DNA of 64,000 nt from an uncultured Clostridia bacterium (GCA_947626935.1 CANQUD010000001.1:34089-98088); one strand, 5' to 3'. Counted from the first letter of the stretch, positions 38,007 through 47,392 are shown. Numbers and translations: made by a program. The notes: generated by a model not told the origin, from the sequence alone.

Positions 38007-38677
38007 GATAGTTTCTCCGTTTGGGGTGAAGTCTGTGCCGCTGTGTCGGGTCCTTCATAAACAGCATCACTTAAATGTCTGCCTTTCTTTTTGAGCACGA
38101 CTTCTGTAACACGATAAATGGAAGGTGCAGCGACTGCGGTAGAAACAAATTCTATCGAGAAATTGATAGCGGCACAAGTTACAATGATAAAATACATCAC
38201 AGATTGGCCGTTTCCTGCAGCAAGTCCGGAAAAGAAACCCCACATTGTCATGGCCCCAAGGATAAAAATCCCTGTATTCATGATTGGCGCAGAAAGAGAA
38301 GCAACGACCAACGCAACATAACGGTTCTTTTTTGCAATCAATTTGTAGAGCAATCCGGGAATGACGCCCGCCGCAATCCCCTTCAATAAACAGGTCAGAA
38401 CTGTAAGCCAAGGCTCATTGGTGAGTAGGAGTGATGTAAAGCTGTCCAAGCCCGTAACGCCAAAAATGATAACGATGATCCCAAACAAAAATCCAAGAAC
38501 ACCGCCGGCAAGCGGACCGATAATCACGGCGCCGAGCACGATCGGAATGAGCACAAAGCTCAAACTTGTCGGCAAAAACATGCTTGTCACCAAAGCAACT
38601 GATTGCAAGATGACAACGAGAGCCATCAGAACGCCCATAAGAGCGATGTTCCGCGCGGAAAATAACCGCTTTTTCAT
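38003..38677 (-). CDS. ECF transporter S component (substrate possibly pantothenate, judged from linkage to coaX)
   Basis: 224 aa with about six TM helices. Forms an ATGA overlap with coaX. Visibly lower GC than its neighbours. Confidence 0.7.
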   Translation of the reverse strand: MKKRLFSARNIALMGVLMALVVILQSVALVTSMFLPTSLSFVLIPIVLGAVIIGPLAGGVLGFLFGIIVIIFGVTGLDSFTSLLLTNEPWLTVLTCLLKGIAAGVIPGLLYKLIAKKNRYVALVVASLSAPIMNTGIFILGAMTMWGFFSGLAAGNGQSVMYFIIVTCAAINFSIEFVSTAVAAPSIYRVTEVVLKKKGRHLSDAVYEGPDTAAQTSPQTEKLS

Positions 38678-38789
38678 AAATTACCTCCATCGGATTTCTT
38701 TCAAGAATATCCGTAGAAAAATGAGATTTATCCGTCCGTACGGAGATACGACCCGAGCGGTGTCGTTCTCACAAGACGCACATAAAATC

Positions 38790-38818
38790 ATTATATCAAA
38801 ATCTTTTGTATTTGGCAA
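38790..38818 (-). promoter_or_regulatory. Promoter of the ECF-S/coaX/hom/rimK-like operon
   Basis: Minus strand reads TTGCCA, 17 nt, TATAAT. This leaves a ~105-nt 5' leader. Confidence 0.65.
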
Positions 38819-38924
38819 CTAAATGACAGAGCTTTGGAACAAAATTCCGCCCTGTGACATATCATTTAGTATACAGGCGCGAAGGAAACGATACATACAC
38901 CGCGCCCGACAAGGAGGAAAAACT

Positions 38925-39131
38925 ATGTGTTCAAACGGCAATAGCTGCCTTTGGGTCCTTATCATTGCACTCATTCTCGGAAACAACGGGACGAACGTAC
39001 TCGGGTCGAGGGCGCTCTCCGGTTGCGGATGGCCCATCCTCATCGCCCTTCTCTACTGCATGAGCAAGAACGGGACGCTTTCCGAGATCGCATCGAAGTT
39101 CGGCATCGGCGGCTGCGGCTGCAACGGCTGA
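38925..39131 (+). CDS. Small Cys/Gly-rich membrane peptide (68 aa) with an internal duplication
   Basis: Strong AAGGAGG SD. The sequence is MCSNGNSCLWVLIIALILGNNGT...GCGWPILIALLYCMSKNGT...GIGGCGCNG. It has its own terminator. Confidence 0.65.
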   Translation: MCSNGNSCLWVLIIALILGNNGTNVLGSRALSGCGWPILIALLYCMSKNGTLSEIASKFGIGGCGCNG

Positions 39132-39155
39132 AAAAACCTCCTGTTCCGTGGAAAA

Positions 39156-39189
39156 GGGGCGGCGCATATGCGCCGCCCCGATCTTTTCG
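39156..39189 (+). terminator. Rho-independent terminator (24-nt perfect palindrome)
   Basis: GGGGCGGCGCATATGCGCCGCCCC followed by GATCTTTTC. Confidence 0.75.
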
Positions 39190-39205
39190 ATGACCCTAAA
39201 AAAAT

Positions 39206-40204
39206 TTATTGCATTTTTGCACGGTAGTAAAGGAGCGCGGCGACCGTCTTTGCGTCTTTGATCTCCCCCCGCGCGACCATGTTGCACGCCTCGTTGAAGG
39301 GAATGTATTCCACTTTGAGGAATTCGTCGCTGTCGGGATGCCGTTCGCCCGCACGGATCCCCGATGCCTCGTAAATGTAGATCTTCTCGTTGGAGTACCC
39401 GGGAGAAGGATAGAGTACGGTCAGAAGGTTCAGGGATCCTGCGATCAGTCCCGTCTCCTCTTCCAGCTCCCGCTTTGCGGCGACGGCGGGATCTTCCCCC
39501 CTCTCGAGTTTCCCCGCGGGGATCTCGAACAGTTCTTCCCCATACGCATAGCGGTACTGTCTGACGAGCACGGCTTTCCCGTCCGCAACGCAGAGGACGG
39601 ACGCGCCGCCCGGGTGCTCGACGATCTCCCGTTTGCACGGCTTTCCGTTGGGAAGGACGGCGTCGTCACAGCGGACGGTGATGATCTTCCCCTCGAACAC
39701 GACATTCTTCTGCGCCATCTGCTCTTTGAGGGAATCGGGAGCGCGTTCGGGGCGGACGGGGGCATAGGAATATCCTGCGCAGGCGGCGGGATAGGCTTCC
39801 CGCACGATGTCGCGGAAGGGACGGATGATCCTGTCCGCAAAGAGAGCGTAACTCGCCGTGTAACTCCCGTCCACATAGAAGTATTGCAGAAGGAAGTCGC
39901 CGAACCTGACGCAGCCCGAATCGATCTCCGCCAAGAGACAAAAGACGAAGGCGAGCGCGTCGACCCTGCTCGAGGGCAGATAGGCGGCGCCCCTGCCGTT
40001 GGGAAGGTCTCTCAAATAGAATGCGCGGGTGCCGACATAGTCGAACTCTTCCGTCACGGCGGAGAACAGTCCCTGCAATTCCTCGCTCTCCGAGAGACAG
40101 CGAAGGACCTGCGAGACGCCGACTTCCGCCTCGCGGTATGTACCCGCGATCAACCCGTCGCACGCGTCCAGAAAGCGGCGGATCTTTTCGATATTTTTTT
40201 CCAT
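39206..40204 (-). CDS. ADP-ribose pyrophosphatase-like NUDIX hydrolase fused to an unrecognised ~155-aa N-terminal domain
   Basis: The C-terminal half has GKIITVRCDDAVLPNGK...REIVEHPGG and the Nudix box GKLERGEDPAVAAKRELEEETG. The N-terminal half matches no family I recognise. Confidence 0.8.
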   Translation of the reverse strand: MEKNIEKIRRFLDACDGLIAGTYREAEVGVSQVLRCLSESEELQGLFSAVTEEFDYVGTRAFYLRDLPNGRGAAYLPSSRVDALAFVFCLLAEIDSGCVRFGDFLLQYFYVDGSYTASYALFADRIIRPFRDIVREAYPAACAGYSYAPVRPERAPDSLKEQMAQKNVVFEGKIITVRCDDAVLPNGKPCKREIVEHPGGASVLCVADGKAVLVRQYRYAYGEELFEIPAGKLERGEDPAVAAKRELEEETGLIAGSLNLLTVLYPSPGYSNEKIYIYEASGIRAGERHPDSDEFLKVEYIPFNEACNMVARGEIKDAKTVAALLYYRAKMQ

Positions 40205-40288
40205 GGATATCCTCCGCGGCGTAATTGCCGCCTTTTTTTCTATTATAGCACAGACAAAAAAAATATTAAAGTTTTTTTCGGAAATATC

Positions 40289-40317
40289 TTGATTTTATCC
40301 CCGAATTTATGTATAAT
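40289..40317 (+). promoter_or_regulatory. Promoter for the HPr-like gene
   Basis: TTGATT, 17 nt, TATAAT. Confidence 0.65.
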
Positions 40318-40353
40318 GTAGAAAACTATTATTCCCAAGGGAGGATCCGTTAT

Positions 40354-40581
40354 ATGAAGTCCGTACAGATCTCGCTCGAAAAGTCCTCAAGCGTCAAGGA
40401 GTTTGTCAACATCACCCAAAGCTATGACTATGAAATCGTCATCAAGAGCGGCTACTATGTCGTCGATGCGAAGTCCATTCTCGGTCTCTTCAGCCTCGAT
40501 ACTTCCAAGCCCCTCACCGTCGAGATCCACAGCGACGATTGCGACGACTTGCTCGAGAAGCTCAAGAAATTTGCAGCGTAA
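40354..40581 (+). CDS. HPr-fold protein lacking the His15 phosphorylation motif
   Basis: 75 aa from ATG 40354 (GGGAGG SD). VVDAKSILGLFSLD matches the HPr Ser46 region. No GLHARPA-type segment is present. Confidence 0.65.
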   Translation: MKSVQISLEKSSSVKEFVNITQSYDYEIVIKSGYYVVDAKSILGLFSLDTSKPLTVEIHSDDCDDLLEKLKKFAA

Positions 40582-40658
40582 ACTCTCACAGACAGCAACC
40601 GAAAGCCGCTTGAGCATTTAAGCGGCTTCTTTGTGTCTCATAAAAACAGAGGAAGATC

Positions 40659-41183
40659 ATGCAGGTAAAAGGCGAAACCCCGATCAACAAGTTAATACTC
40701 CTCTTTGTGTTTGACAAGATGGAGAGTCCCCTGTCGGAGCGTACCCTTTTGGATATGTGTACTTCGTCCAACGACTGGCTCAATTATATGGACTGCATGG
40801 TCCTGCTCGAGCGGTTGATCACGGACGGCTTCCTCTGCAAGATCCCCGGCGCGGACGAGCCTCTCTACATGATCACGCCCGAGGGAAGAGAGACGCTTGC
40901 AAACTTCTACATCAACATTCCGAGAAGCTCCCGCGAGGAGATCTCGAAGTTCATCAAAAACAACAGCGCCCGTTTCCGCAACAAGCAGGACTGCCGTGCC
41001 GACTACTATCAGAACAAGGACGGCACCTACACGGTATTTTTGAAGATCCTCGCCCCCATCCAGCCCATGCTCGAACTCAAATTTGTCGTTCCCGACAAAA
41101 AGACGGCGAACAACATCTACAAAAAGTGGGAGGACAAGGCGCAGGACCTCTATACAGCCGTCTACGAGACGTTGGTCGACTGA
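40659..41183 (+). CDS. DUF4364 family protein (PadR-like winged-helix, tentative)
   Basis: The N-terminal pattern INKLILLFVFDKMESPLSERTLLDM...NYMDCMVLLERLITDGFL resembles DUF4364 members. Confidence 0.55.
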   Translation: MQVKGETPINKLILLFVFDKMESPLSERTLLDMCTSSNDWLNYMDCMVLLERLITDGFLCKIPGADEPLYMITPEGRETLANFYINIPRSSREEISKFIKNNSARFRNKQDCRADYYQNKDGTYTVFLKILAPIQPMLELKFVVPDKKTANNIYKKWEDKAQDLYTAVYETLVD

Positions 41184-41206
41184 ATTATTTTGACAGGAGA
41201 AAAACT

Positions 41207-41461
41207 ATGATCACCTTTTCGACAAAAGGAACGTGCTCGAAGCAAATCATTTTTGACCTCGATGCGGAGCACAAGATCCGCAATCTGAAGTTCATCGGCG
41301 GCTGCAGCGGAAATCTGCAGGGCATCGCCCGTCTCGTCGAGGGAAGGACGCCCGATGAGGTCTATCCCCTTCTCCGCGGGATCAAATGCAGGCAGAACAC
41401 TTCCTGTCCCGACCAGCTCGCGCTGGCGCTCGAACCGTATCTGACGGCAAACGCATCTTAA
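41207..41461 (+). CDS. TIGR03905-type TSCPD-domain protein
   Basis: 84 aa from ATG 41207 (AGGAGA SD). GGCSGNLQGI and TSCPDQLA motifs. Confidence 0.8.
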   Translation: MITFSTKGTCSKQIIFDLDAEHKIRNLKFIGGCSGNLQGIARLVEGRTPDEVYPLLRGIKCRQNTSCPDQLALALEPYLTANAS

Positions 41462-41482
41462 AATTTTCTGTGAGATTTGAAA

Positions 41483-41508
41483 ACGACCCGCCGAAGCGGG
41501 TCGTTTTT
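41483..41508. terminator. Bidirectional rho-independent terminator
   Basis: ACGACCCGC-cgaa-GCGGGTCGT with a T-run downstream and an A-run upstream. Confidence 0.8.
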
Positions 41509-41519
41509 ATGTACTTTTT

Positions 41520-42062
41520 TCAGAACGGAAGGAAGGGCGTACAGACTTGGACGATCGCAAGAACGACGGCGAGCACGACAATGACGGTGCTCACGATCGT
41601 GCCGCCGAGATAGAAGAGCTTCCCCTCTCCGCAGACCTTGGCGCGGCGGTTGCCGACGGCGGAGAGAATGAGTCCCGCAAGCGGCATAAAGCACGAGAAC
41701 AGAAGTCCGAGAAGCGCCGCCCTGTTGAAGGGTTCCTTTCCCGTGAAGAGTTTTGCGAGCAGAATGAGAACGATGCCCGCGACGATCGCAAGGCTCCAAT
41801 AGAGCAGAGAGAGCCAGAGCGCCATTTCCCACCCTTGGGACGTGTGGATCCCGATGAGCGTCGGCGCCGTGACGCCGTCCACGAGAAGATAGAGCACGGC
41901 ATAGCCCGTTCCGCCTGCCGATCCCGTCTGCGAAGCTTGAGTCCCCGCTCCCGCGGCGCTTGCCCGCAAGCTCGAGGCGCCGTCGAATGCCAATGCACCG
42001 AATGCGAACAGCAACACGAGAAGAAGCGCGAGTGCGCCCAGCGTCTTTGTTTTCCCTTTCAT
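41520..42062 (-). CDS. Hypothetical membrane protein (signal/anchor plus about four TM helices)
   Basis: 180-aa hydrophobic ORF with an Ala/Gly/Ser-rich linker after the first helix. Confidence 0.6.
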   Translation of the reverse strand: MKGKTKTLGALALLLVLLFAFGALAFDGASSLRASAAGAGTQASQTGSAGGTGYAVLYLLVDGVTAPTLIGIHTSQGWEMALWLSLLYWSLAIVAGIVLILLAKLFTGKEPFNRAALLGLLFSCFMPLAGLILSAVGNRRAKVCGEGKLFYLGGTIVSTVIVVLAVVLAIVQVCTPFLPF

Positions 42063-42169
42063 ATTCCCCTCCTGAGTTCATCTTTCTTAAGGATGAAACC
42101 ATTTTATCACATCTCTTGCGGAAAATCAATCTCTGAATGCGCACAAATTTTCCAAAATCCGCAAAAAAA

Positions 42170-42793
42170 TCACATTTTGACGGATTTTACCTTCATGAGT
42201 CGGACGATCGCGGCACGTTCGTTCTCGTCGAGCTTGTCGCGGATGTACTTGATCGTCTCCTCGAGCTGCGGGATCATGACGTACTCGAGCGCGTTGACGC
42301 GGCGCTTGTTGCGTTCGATCTCGTCGGCGAGGAGCCTGACCGCCTTCTCGACCTCGGCAAGGCGGATGAGTTTGGGAAGGAGCAAAGAGACCATCTCGAC
42401 GGAGCCGTCCGCCTCGCTCGTGATCTCCGAATAGGCGTACGGCAGACGGGACGAGACTTCCGTTTGGGAAAGGCGGATCTTCGGCACGTCCACGCCCATG
42501 ATGCTCTCCGTTTCACACTCCGTCTCAAGGGCGACGGTCGGCATGGAGAACGCCGTCTCCTGCACATAGGAAGGCGTGAGGGAACCCGCGATCGCAAATT
42601 GCTTCAATGCGGACGAAAGCCCCTCTTCCACCTCGTCGCGGAGACGTTTATCCTCTTTTAAGAGCACGGTAAAGCGGCGCACCATCTCGTCGGACTTATC
42701 CTTGAGCAGTTTATGCCCGCGGGTCGCAGTCGAGAGACGCGCTTTGAGCTTTTTCAGCTCCATACGCGTGGGATTGACATTGAGTCTTGCCAT
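42170..42793 (-). CDS. ntpD: V-type ATPase subunit D
   Basis: MARLNVNPTRMELKKLKARL is the typical subunit D N-terminus. Confidence 0.93.
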   Translation of the reverse strand: MARLNVNPTRMELKKLKARLSTATRGHKLLKDKSDEMVRRFTVLLKEDKRLRDEVEEGLSSALKQFAIAGSLTPSYVQETAFSMPTVALETECETESIMGVDVPKIRLSQTEVSSRLPYAYSEITSEADGSVEMVSLLLPKLIRLAEVEKAVRLLADEIERNKRRVNALEYVMIPQLEETIKYIRDKLDENERAAIVRLMKVKSVKM

Positions 42794-42979
42794 AGTTGTT
42801 TTTTGGGAGAAAGAGATTTAAGGGAACATCCCTTGCGGTAGCGGCGGTGACATCCGCCGTGCTCATGCCGAACGAATGCGAAGCATCCCGTGAAACACAC
42901 GGAGCGACATACTTTTGATCCATCGGAGTCCGCCCGTTTGCAGGGATCCTTCGGCGACACCTCGGGATGAGAGCAAGCA
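42794..42979 (-). repeat. GC-rich hairpin repeat element inside the V-ATPase operon (gap between ntpB and ntpD)
   Basis: Contains CCGTTTGCAGGGATCCTTCGGCGACACCTCGGGATGAG and GTGCTCATGCC, modules shared with 57063-57273 and 62781-62966. Confidence 0.7.
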
Positions 42980-44350
42980 TTATTCTTTCATATATTTTTC
43001 AATATATTCTTCTCTGATGCGCTTCAGCTCCGATCTCGGCAAGATCTTGAGAAGTTTCCAGCCCAAATCGAGCGTCTCTTCAATGGTCCTGTCCGTCTCG
43101 AATCCTTGGTTGACGTATTCCCGCTCGAATGCTTCGGCAAATTTTGCGTACAGCTTATCGACGTCGGAGAGCGCCGCTTCGCCCAAGATCGCGGAAAGTT
43201 CCTTGCTCTCCTTCCCTCTCGCATACGCCGCAAAGAGCTGGTTCATCGTGTCGGCGTGGTCCTCTCTCGTCTTTCCGTTGCCGATGCCCTTGTCTTTCAG
43301 ACGGGAAAGGGACGGCAGGACGTCGACGGGAGGGTTGAGTCCCTTCTTGTAGAGGTCGCGCGAGAGAATGATCTGCCCCTCGGTGATGTACCCCGTAAGG
43401 TCGGGAATGGGGTGCGTTTTGTCGTCCTCGGGCATCGTCAGAATGGGGATCTGGGTGATGGAACCCTTGCATCCGCGGATCCTGCCCGCCCGTTCGTAGA
43501 GGGTCGCAAGGTCGGTATAGAGATACCCGGGGTAGCCGCGGCGCCCGGGGATCTCACGGCGGGCTGCCGAGACTTCGCGGAGCGCTTCCGCATAGTTGGT
43601 GATGTCCGTCATGATGACGAGCACGTGCATGTCGCAGGAAAATGCGAGGTATTCGGCGCAGGTGAGTGCGATGCGGGGCGTCGCGATGCGTTCGACGGCG
43701 GGGTCGTTCGCAAGGTTGGTGAAAAGGACGGTCCTCTCGATGGCGCCCGTGCGCTTGAAGTCCTCGACGAAGTACTGCGCTTCCTCGAAGGTGATGCCGA
43801 TCGCGGCGAACACGACGGCGAACTTGCTGTCGCTCCCCCTCACTTTTGCCTGCCGTGCGATCTGGGCAGCGAGTTCGGCGTGCGGAAGTCCGCTCATCGA
43901 GAACACGGGAAGTTTCTGCCCGCGCACGAGGGTATTCAGCCCGTCGATGGCGGAGACGCCCGTCTGGATGAACTCGTTGGGATAGTCGCGCGCGGCGGGA
44001 TTGATGGGTTCGCCGTTGATGTCGAGCATCTTCTCTGGAATGACGGGAGCGCCGCCGTCACGGGGGTTCCCCATGCCGTCGAACACTCTGCCGAGCATGT
44101 CGCGGGAGACGGCGAGCTGCTGGGCATGCCCCAAAAAGCGTGCCTTGCTCGTCGCGATCTGAAGTCCTTGGGAGTTCTCGAAGAGCTGCACGACCGCCTT
44201 GTCGCGGTTGATCTCGAGAACTTTCCCCCGTCTCGTCTCCCCGTTTTCGCAGAGAATGTCGACAAGTTCGTTGTATTTGACCCCTTCGACGCCCTCGACG
44301 AGCATCAAGGGTCCGACGACTTCCCTGATCGTCTTGTATTCCTTAAACAT
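42980..44350 (-). CDS. ntpB: V-type ATPase subunit B
   Basis: 456 aa. [21 protein letters not shown]... with the non-catalytic nucleotide-binding fold. Confidence 0.96.
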   Translation of the reverse strand: MFKEYKTIREVVGPLMLVEGVEGVKYNELVDILCENGETRRGKVLEINRDKAVVQLFENSQGLQIATSKARFLGHAQQLAVSRDMLGRVFDGMGNPRDGGAPVIPEKMLDINGEPINPAARDYPNEFIQTGVSAIDGLNTLVRGQKLPVFSMSGLPHAELAAQIARQAKVRGSDSKFAVVFAAIGITFEEAQYFVEDFKRTGAIERTVLFTNLANDPAVERIATPRIALTCAEYLAFSCDMHVLVIMTDITNYAEALREVSAARREIPGRRGYPGYLYTDLATLYERAGRIRGCKGSITQIPILTMPEDDKTHPIPDLTGYITEGQIILSRDLYKKGLNPPVDVLPSLSRLKDKGIGNGKTREDHADTMNQLFAAYARGKESKELSAILGEAALSDVDKLYAKFAEAFEREYVNQGFETDRTIEETLDLGWKLLKILPRSELKRIREEYIEKYMKE

Positions 44351-46109
44351 CCTGTTCCCCTCCCTGCGAGAGCGCCTTGATCTGGGCGCTCATCTCGCCG
44401 ATGATGGCGTCGAATTCGCCGAGGCTGTCCTCTTTGATGTACTTCGCCCGTCCGATCTTCTCCACAAAGGGAAGTTTCAGAATGTCCTCGAGCGAGACAT
44501 AGTTCTGGACCGCTTCCGAGGAAAGCGTGTAGAATTCGTAGATGAGAAGGAGCATCAGGAGCTGTTTGTGCATGGAAGTGAAGGTATCCACTTCATGGAA
44601 AGCATTCTGGTGCAGATAGTCCTCGCGGATCATCTTCGCCGTCTCCATGATGAGACGGTCCTTCGACGAGAGGGCGTCCATGCCGACGAGACGGACGATC
44701 TCGTCGAGCGCCGCCTCTTCCTGCAAGGTCGTCATGACGAACTGCCTGTATTTGAGGAAGCCCTTCCCGACGTTCTCGTCGTACCACGCCTTCATTTTGT
44801 CGGCATAGAGCGAATAGCTGACGAGCCAGTCGATGGCAGGGAAATGACGCTTGTAGGCAAGGGAAGCGGAAAGTCCCCAGAACACTTTGACGATGCGGAG
44901 CGTCGCCTGCGAAACGGGTTCGGAGAGGTCGCCCCCGGGGGGAGAGACGGCGCCGATCGCCGTGACGGAGCCGATGCGCCCGTCCCCGCCGAGCAGTCTG
45001 ACGATGCCCGCGCGTTCGTAAAATTCGGCGAGACGGCTCGCGAGATAGGCGGGATATCCTTCGTCCCCCGGCATCTCCTCGAGACGTCCGCTCATCTCTC
45101 TGAGCGCTTCCGCCCAGCGCGATGTGGAGTCTGCCATGATCGCGACATTGTACCCCATGTCGCGGAAATACTCGGCGATCGTGATCCCCGTGTAGATGGA
45201 AGCTTCGCGGGCGGCGACGGGCATATCCGAGGTATTGGCGATGAGGACGGTGCGCTTCATCAGAGGTTCCCCCGTCTTGGGGTCCTTGAGCGCAGGGAAT
45301 TCATTCAGAACGTCCGTCATCTCGTTGCCGCGTTCGCCGCAGCCGATGTAGACGATGATGTCCGCATCCGCCCACTTGGCAAGCTGGTGCTGGACGACCG
45401 TCTTGCCGCTCCCGAAGGGACCGGGGACTGCCGCAACGCCGCCGCGGGCGATGGGAAAGAGAGTGTCGATGACGCGCTGCCCCGTGACCATGGGCTGGTC
45501 GGGGGTCAGCTTCTCCCTGTACGGTCTCCCCTTTCTGACGGGCCACTTCTGCAGCATGCAGACGGCGGTATCTCCCTTCTCCGTCTTGATATGGGCGACC
45601 GTCTCCTCGATGGTGAAGTCCCCTTCCCCGATCTTCGTGACAACGCCTTCCATGCCGTACGGGACCATGATGCGGTGCTCGACGATCTCCGTCTCCTGCA
45701 CGACGCCGAGGATGTCCCCCGCCTGTACTTTGTCGCCGACCTTGACCCGAGGCGTGAAGTTCCACTTCTTTTCCCTGTCGAGCTTGTTGACGGAGACGCC
45801 GCGGGAAATGCGGCTGCCGTACTCGAAATAGAGAGTCGTCAAGGGACGCTGGATCCCGTCGAAAATGCCCGTGATGAGTCCCGGGGCAAGTTCCGCCGAG
45901 AGCGGTTCGCCCGTGGGGACGACGTCCTCTCCGGGACCGAGACCCGAAGTCTCTTCATAGACCTGAATGGACGCCTTGTCGCCGCGGAGTTCGATGATCT
46001 CCCCGATGAGTTTCAGGTCGGAGACCTGCACGACGTCGTACATCTTGCAGTCCGCCATGTTCTCCGCCACGATCAGCGGTCCCGAAATTTTAACTGTCTT
46101 TCCTACCAT
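44343..46109 (-). CDS. ntpA: V-type ATPase catalytic subunit A
   Basis: Walker A GPFGSGKT. 588 aa. The stop overlaps the ntpB start by 8 nt. Confidence 0.96.
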   Translation of the reverse strand: MVGKTVKISGPLIVAENMADCKMYDVVQVSDLKLIGEIIELRGDKASIQVYEETSGLGPGEDVVPTGEPLSAELAPGLITGIFDGIQRPLTTLYFEYGSRISRGVSVNKLDREKKWNFTPRVKVGDKVQAGDILGVVQETEIVEHRIMVPYGMEGVVTKIGEGDFTIEETVAHIKTEKGDTAVCMLQKWPVRKGRPYREKLTPDQPMVTGQRVIDTLFPIARGGVAAVPGPFGSGKTVVQHQLAKWADADIIVYIGCGERGNEMTDVLNEFPALKDPKTGEPLMKRTVLIANTSDMPVAAREASIYTGITIAEYFRDMGYNVAIMADSTSRWAEALREMSGRLEEMPGDEGYPAYLASRLAEFYERAGIVRLLGGDGRIGSVTAIGAVSPPGGDLSEPVSQATLRIVKVFWGLSASLAYKRHFPAIDWLVSYSLYADKMKAWYDENVGKGFLKYRQFVMTTLQEEAALDEIVRLVGMDALSSKDRLIMETAKMIREDYLHQNAFHEVDTFTSMHKQLLMLLLIYEFYTLSSEAVQNYVSLEDILKLPFVEKIGRAKYIKEDSLGEFDAIIGEMSAQIKALSQGGEQDV

Positions 46110-46157
46110 ATTGCCTCCGATGAATGCCTTCCCGTAGCGGAAGGCATGGGACGTGAC

Positions 46158-46472
46158 TCAATCGTTGAAGAGGATATCCACGCCGAGAGCGCGTTCCATG
46201 GCGCTCTTCAGGAAGGACTCCCCGTAGCCCGTGTCCTTTCCCGACGGAACGGGAAGAACGACGGGATACGCTTCCTCGTCAAAACGCTTCAAAAAATCCT
46301 TGAGAAGGAGCGCATAATCTTCCGTCAGAAAGATGACGGAATATTCGCGGGCGACCTTGCGGAGGGTCTCCCTTGCGCCCTTTTCGTCCGTGACGGGGAA
46401 AGCGTCTACCCCCGCCGCCTTGAATACCGTGATCGTCTCCGCATTTCCGACGATCGCCATTTTTCCCTGCAT
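46158..46472 (-). CDS. V-type ATPase subunit F
   Basis: 104 aa from ATG 46472 (1-nt overlap with the stop of subunit C). MAIVGNAETITVFKAAGVDAF is typical of subunit F. Confidence 0.85.
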   Translation of the reverse strand: MQGKMAIVGNAETITVFKAAGVDAFPVTDEKGARETLRKVAREYSVIFLTEDYALLLKDFLKRFDEEAYPVVLPVPSGKDTGYGESFLKSAMERALGVDILFND

Positions 46473-47383
46473 CACATCACCCCGACGAGCCGCCGCCTGA
46501 TCTCCCCTTCGCCGACGCCTGCGTTGCGGCAAATGAGGATCATGCGGACGTTTGCGATCTCCGCCTTGCGGCGGAGAACATAGTAGAGGAAGGGTTCTTT
46601 CCCCTTGAGGTCGAATCTCTTTTGGAAAAAGTACCGCGCTTCGAAGGTCTCCTTCATGCGCTCCGCCCCCGTAAAGGGCAATTTTGTTTCGGCTGCCGCG
46701 AGGCATTCCGCATAGAAATCGTGCAGGGGAGACTTGTCGAGCGCGTGCTCCCGTACTTCGGCATTCTCCGAGAAGATGCGGTCGAAGTCCCGCTTTCCGA
46801 GCTTTCCGCCCCCGATGAAGAGCTTCTCCGCTTCCTCTCTCGAGCTTGCACGGAAGGCGGTGAGAAGATCGGTCATGTCGACGCGCATCATGAGGAGCTT
46901 TTTGAGGACGGGACGCGCACGAAAGACGCGAAAGAGATAGGCAAATTCCGCCCTGTCGAATGCGGCGCCGATCTCCGCCCCCGTCCCCTCCTCGGGGATC
47001 TCGGGAAGGTCTTTTCCGTCCTCGAGCATGCCCTTGAGTTCGTCGAGCGTGTGCAATCCCTCGGGCGCGAGCATGGTTTCATAGCTCTGTCCGAGCTTCT
47101 CCGCCTTGTAGAGCGCTTTCAGGTTATGGAAATCGTTGGGGGCAAGAAAATATGCCTTGTCCGCCGCCGTCGGCGCGTAGGTACGGATGAAAGCGTCGAG
47201 GATCCCCTCTTCGTAGGACGCGATCTTTTCGGGATCGCTCTCCCCGCCGCCGAACCCGCTCTCCGAGAGCATGCGGACGATCTCCGCCCCTTCAAGTTCG
47301 GGAAAGCGGAGGATCTTTTCGCCCAAGAGCTGTTTCTCTTTGACGGCAATGACGCCGTTTGTAAAGGTGGTGTCGAATGTCAT
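46472..47383 (-). CDS. ntpC: V-type ATPase subunit C (eukaryotic d-like)
   Basis: 303-aa helical protein in the expected operon position. Confidence 0.85.
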   Translation of the reverse strand: MTFDTTFTNGVIAVKEKQLLGEKILRFPELEGAEIVRMLSESGFGGGESDPEKIASYEEGILDAFIRTYAPTAADKAYFLAPNDFHNLKALYKAEKLGQSYETMLAPEGLHTLDELKGMLEDGKDLPEIPEEGTGAEIGAAFDRAEFAYLFRVFRARPVLKKLLMMRVDMTDLLTAFRASSREEAEKLFIGGGKLGKRDFDRIFSENAEVREHALDKSPLHDFYAECLAAAETKLPFTGAERMKETFEARYFFQKRFDLKGKEPFLYYVLRRKAEIANVRMILICRNAGVGEGEIRRRLVGVM

Positions 47384-47392
47384 GTTATGCGT

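Noticed and set aside
40213-40240. GCGGC-gtaatt-GCCGC plus T-run hairpin as a terminator
   Set aside because: No plus-strand gene ends upstream of it. It lies in the divergent promoter region next to the NUDIX-fusion SD, so its function is unclear and it is not called.
40757-41206. N-terminal 150 codons of the 234-aa ORF 40757..41461
   Set aside because: This part lies out of frame inside the DUF4364 gene and is Arg/Pro/Gly-rich. Only the last 255 nt, from ATG 41207 behind AGGAGA, form the TSCPD protein.
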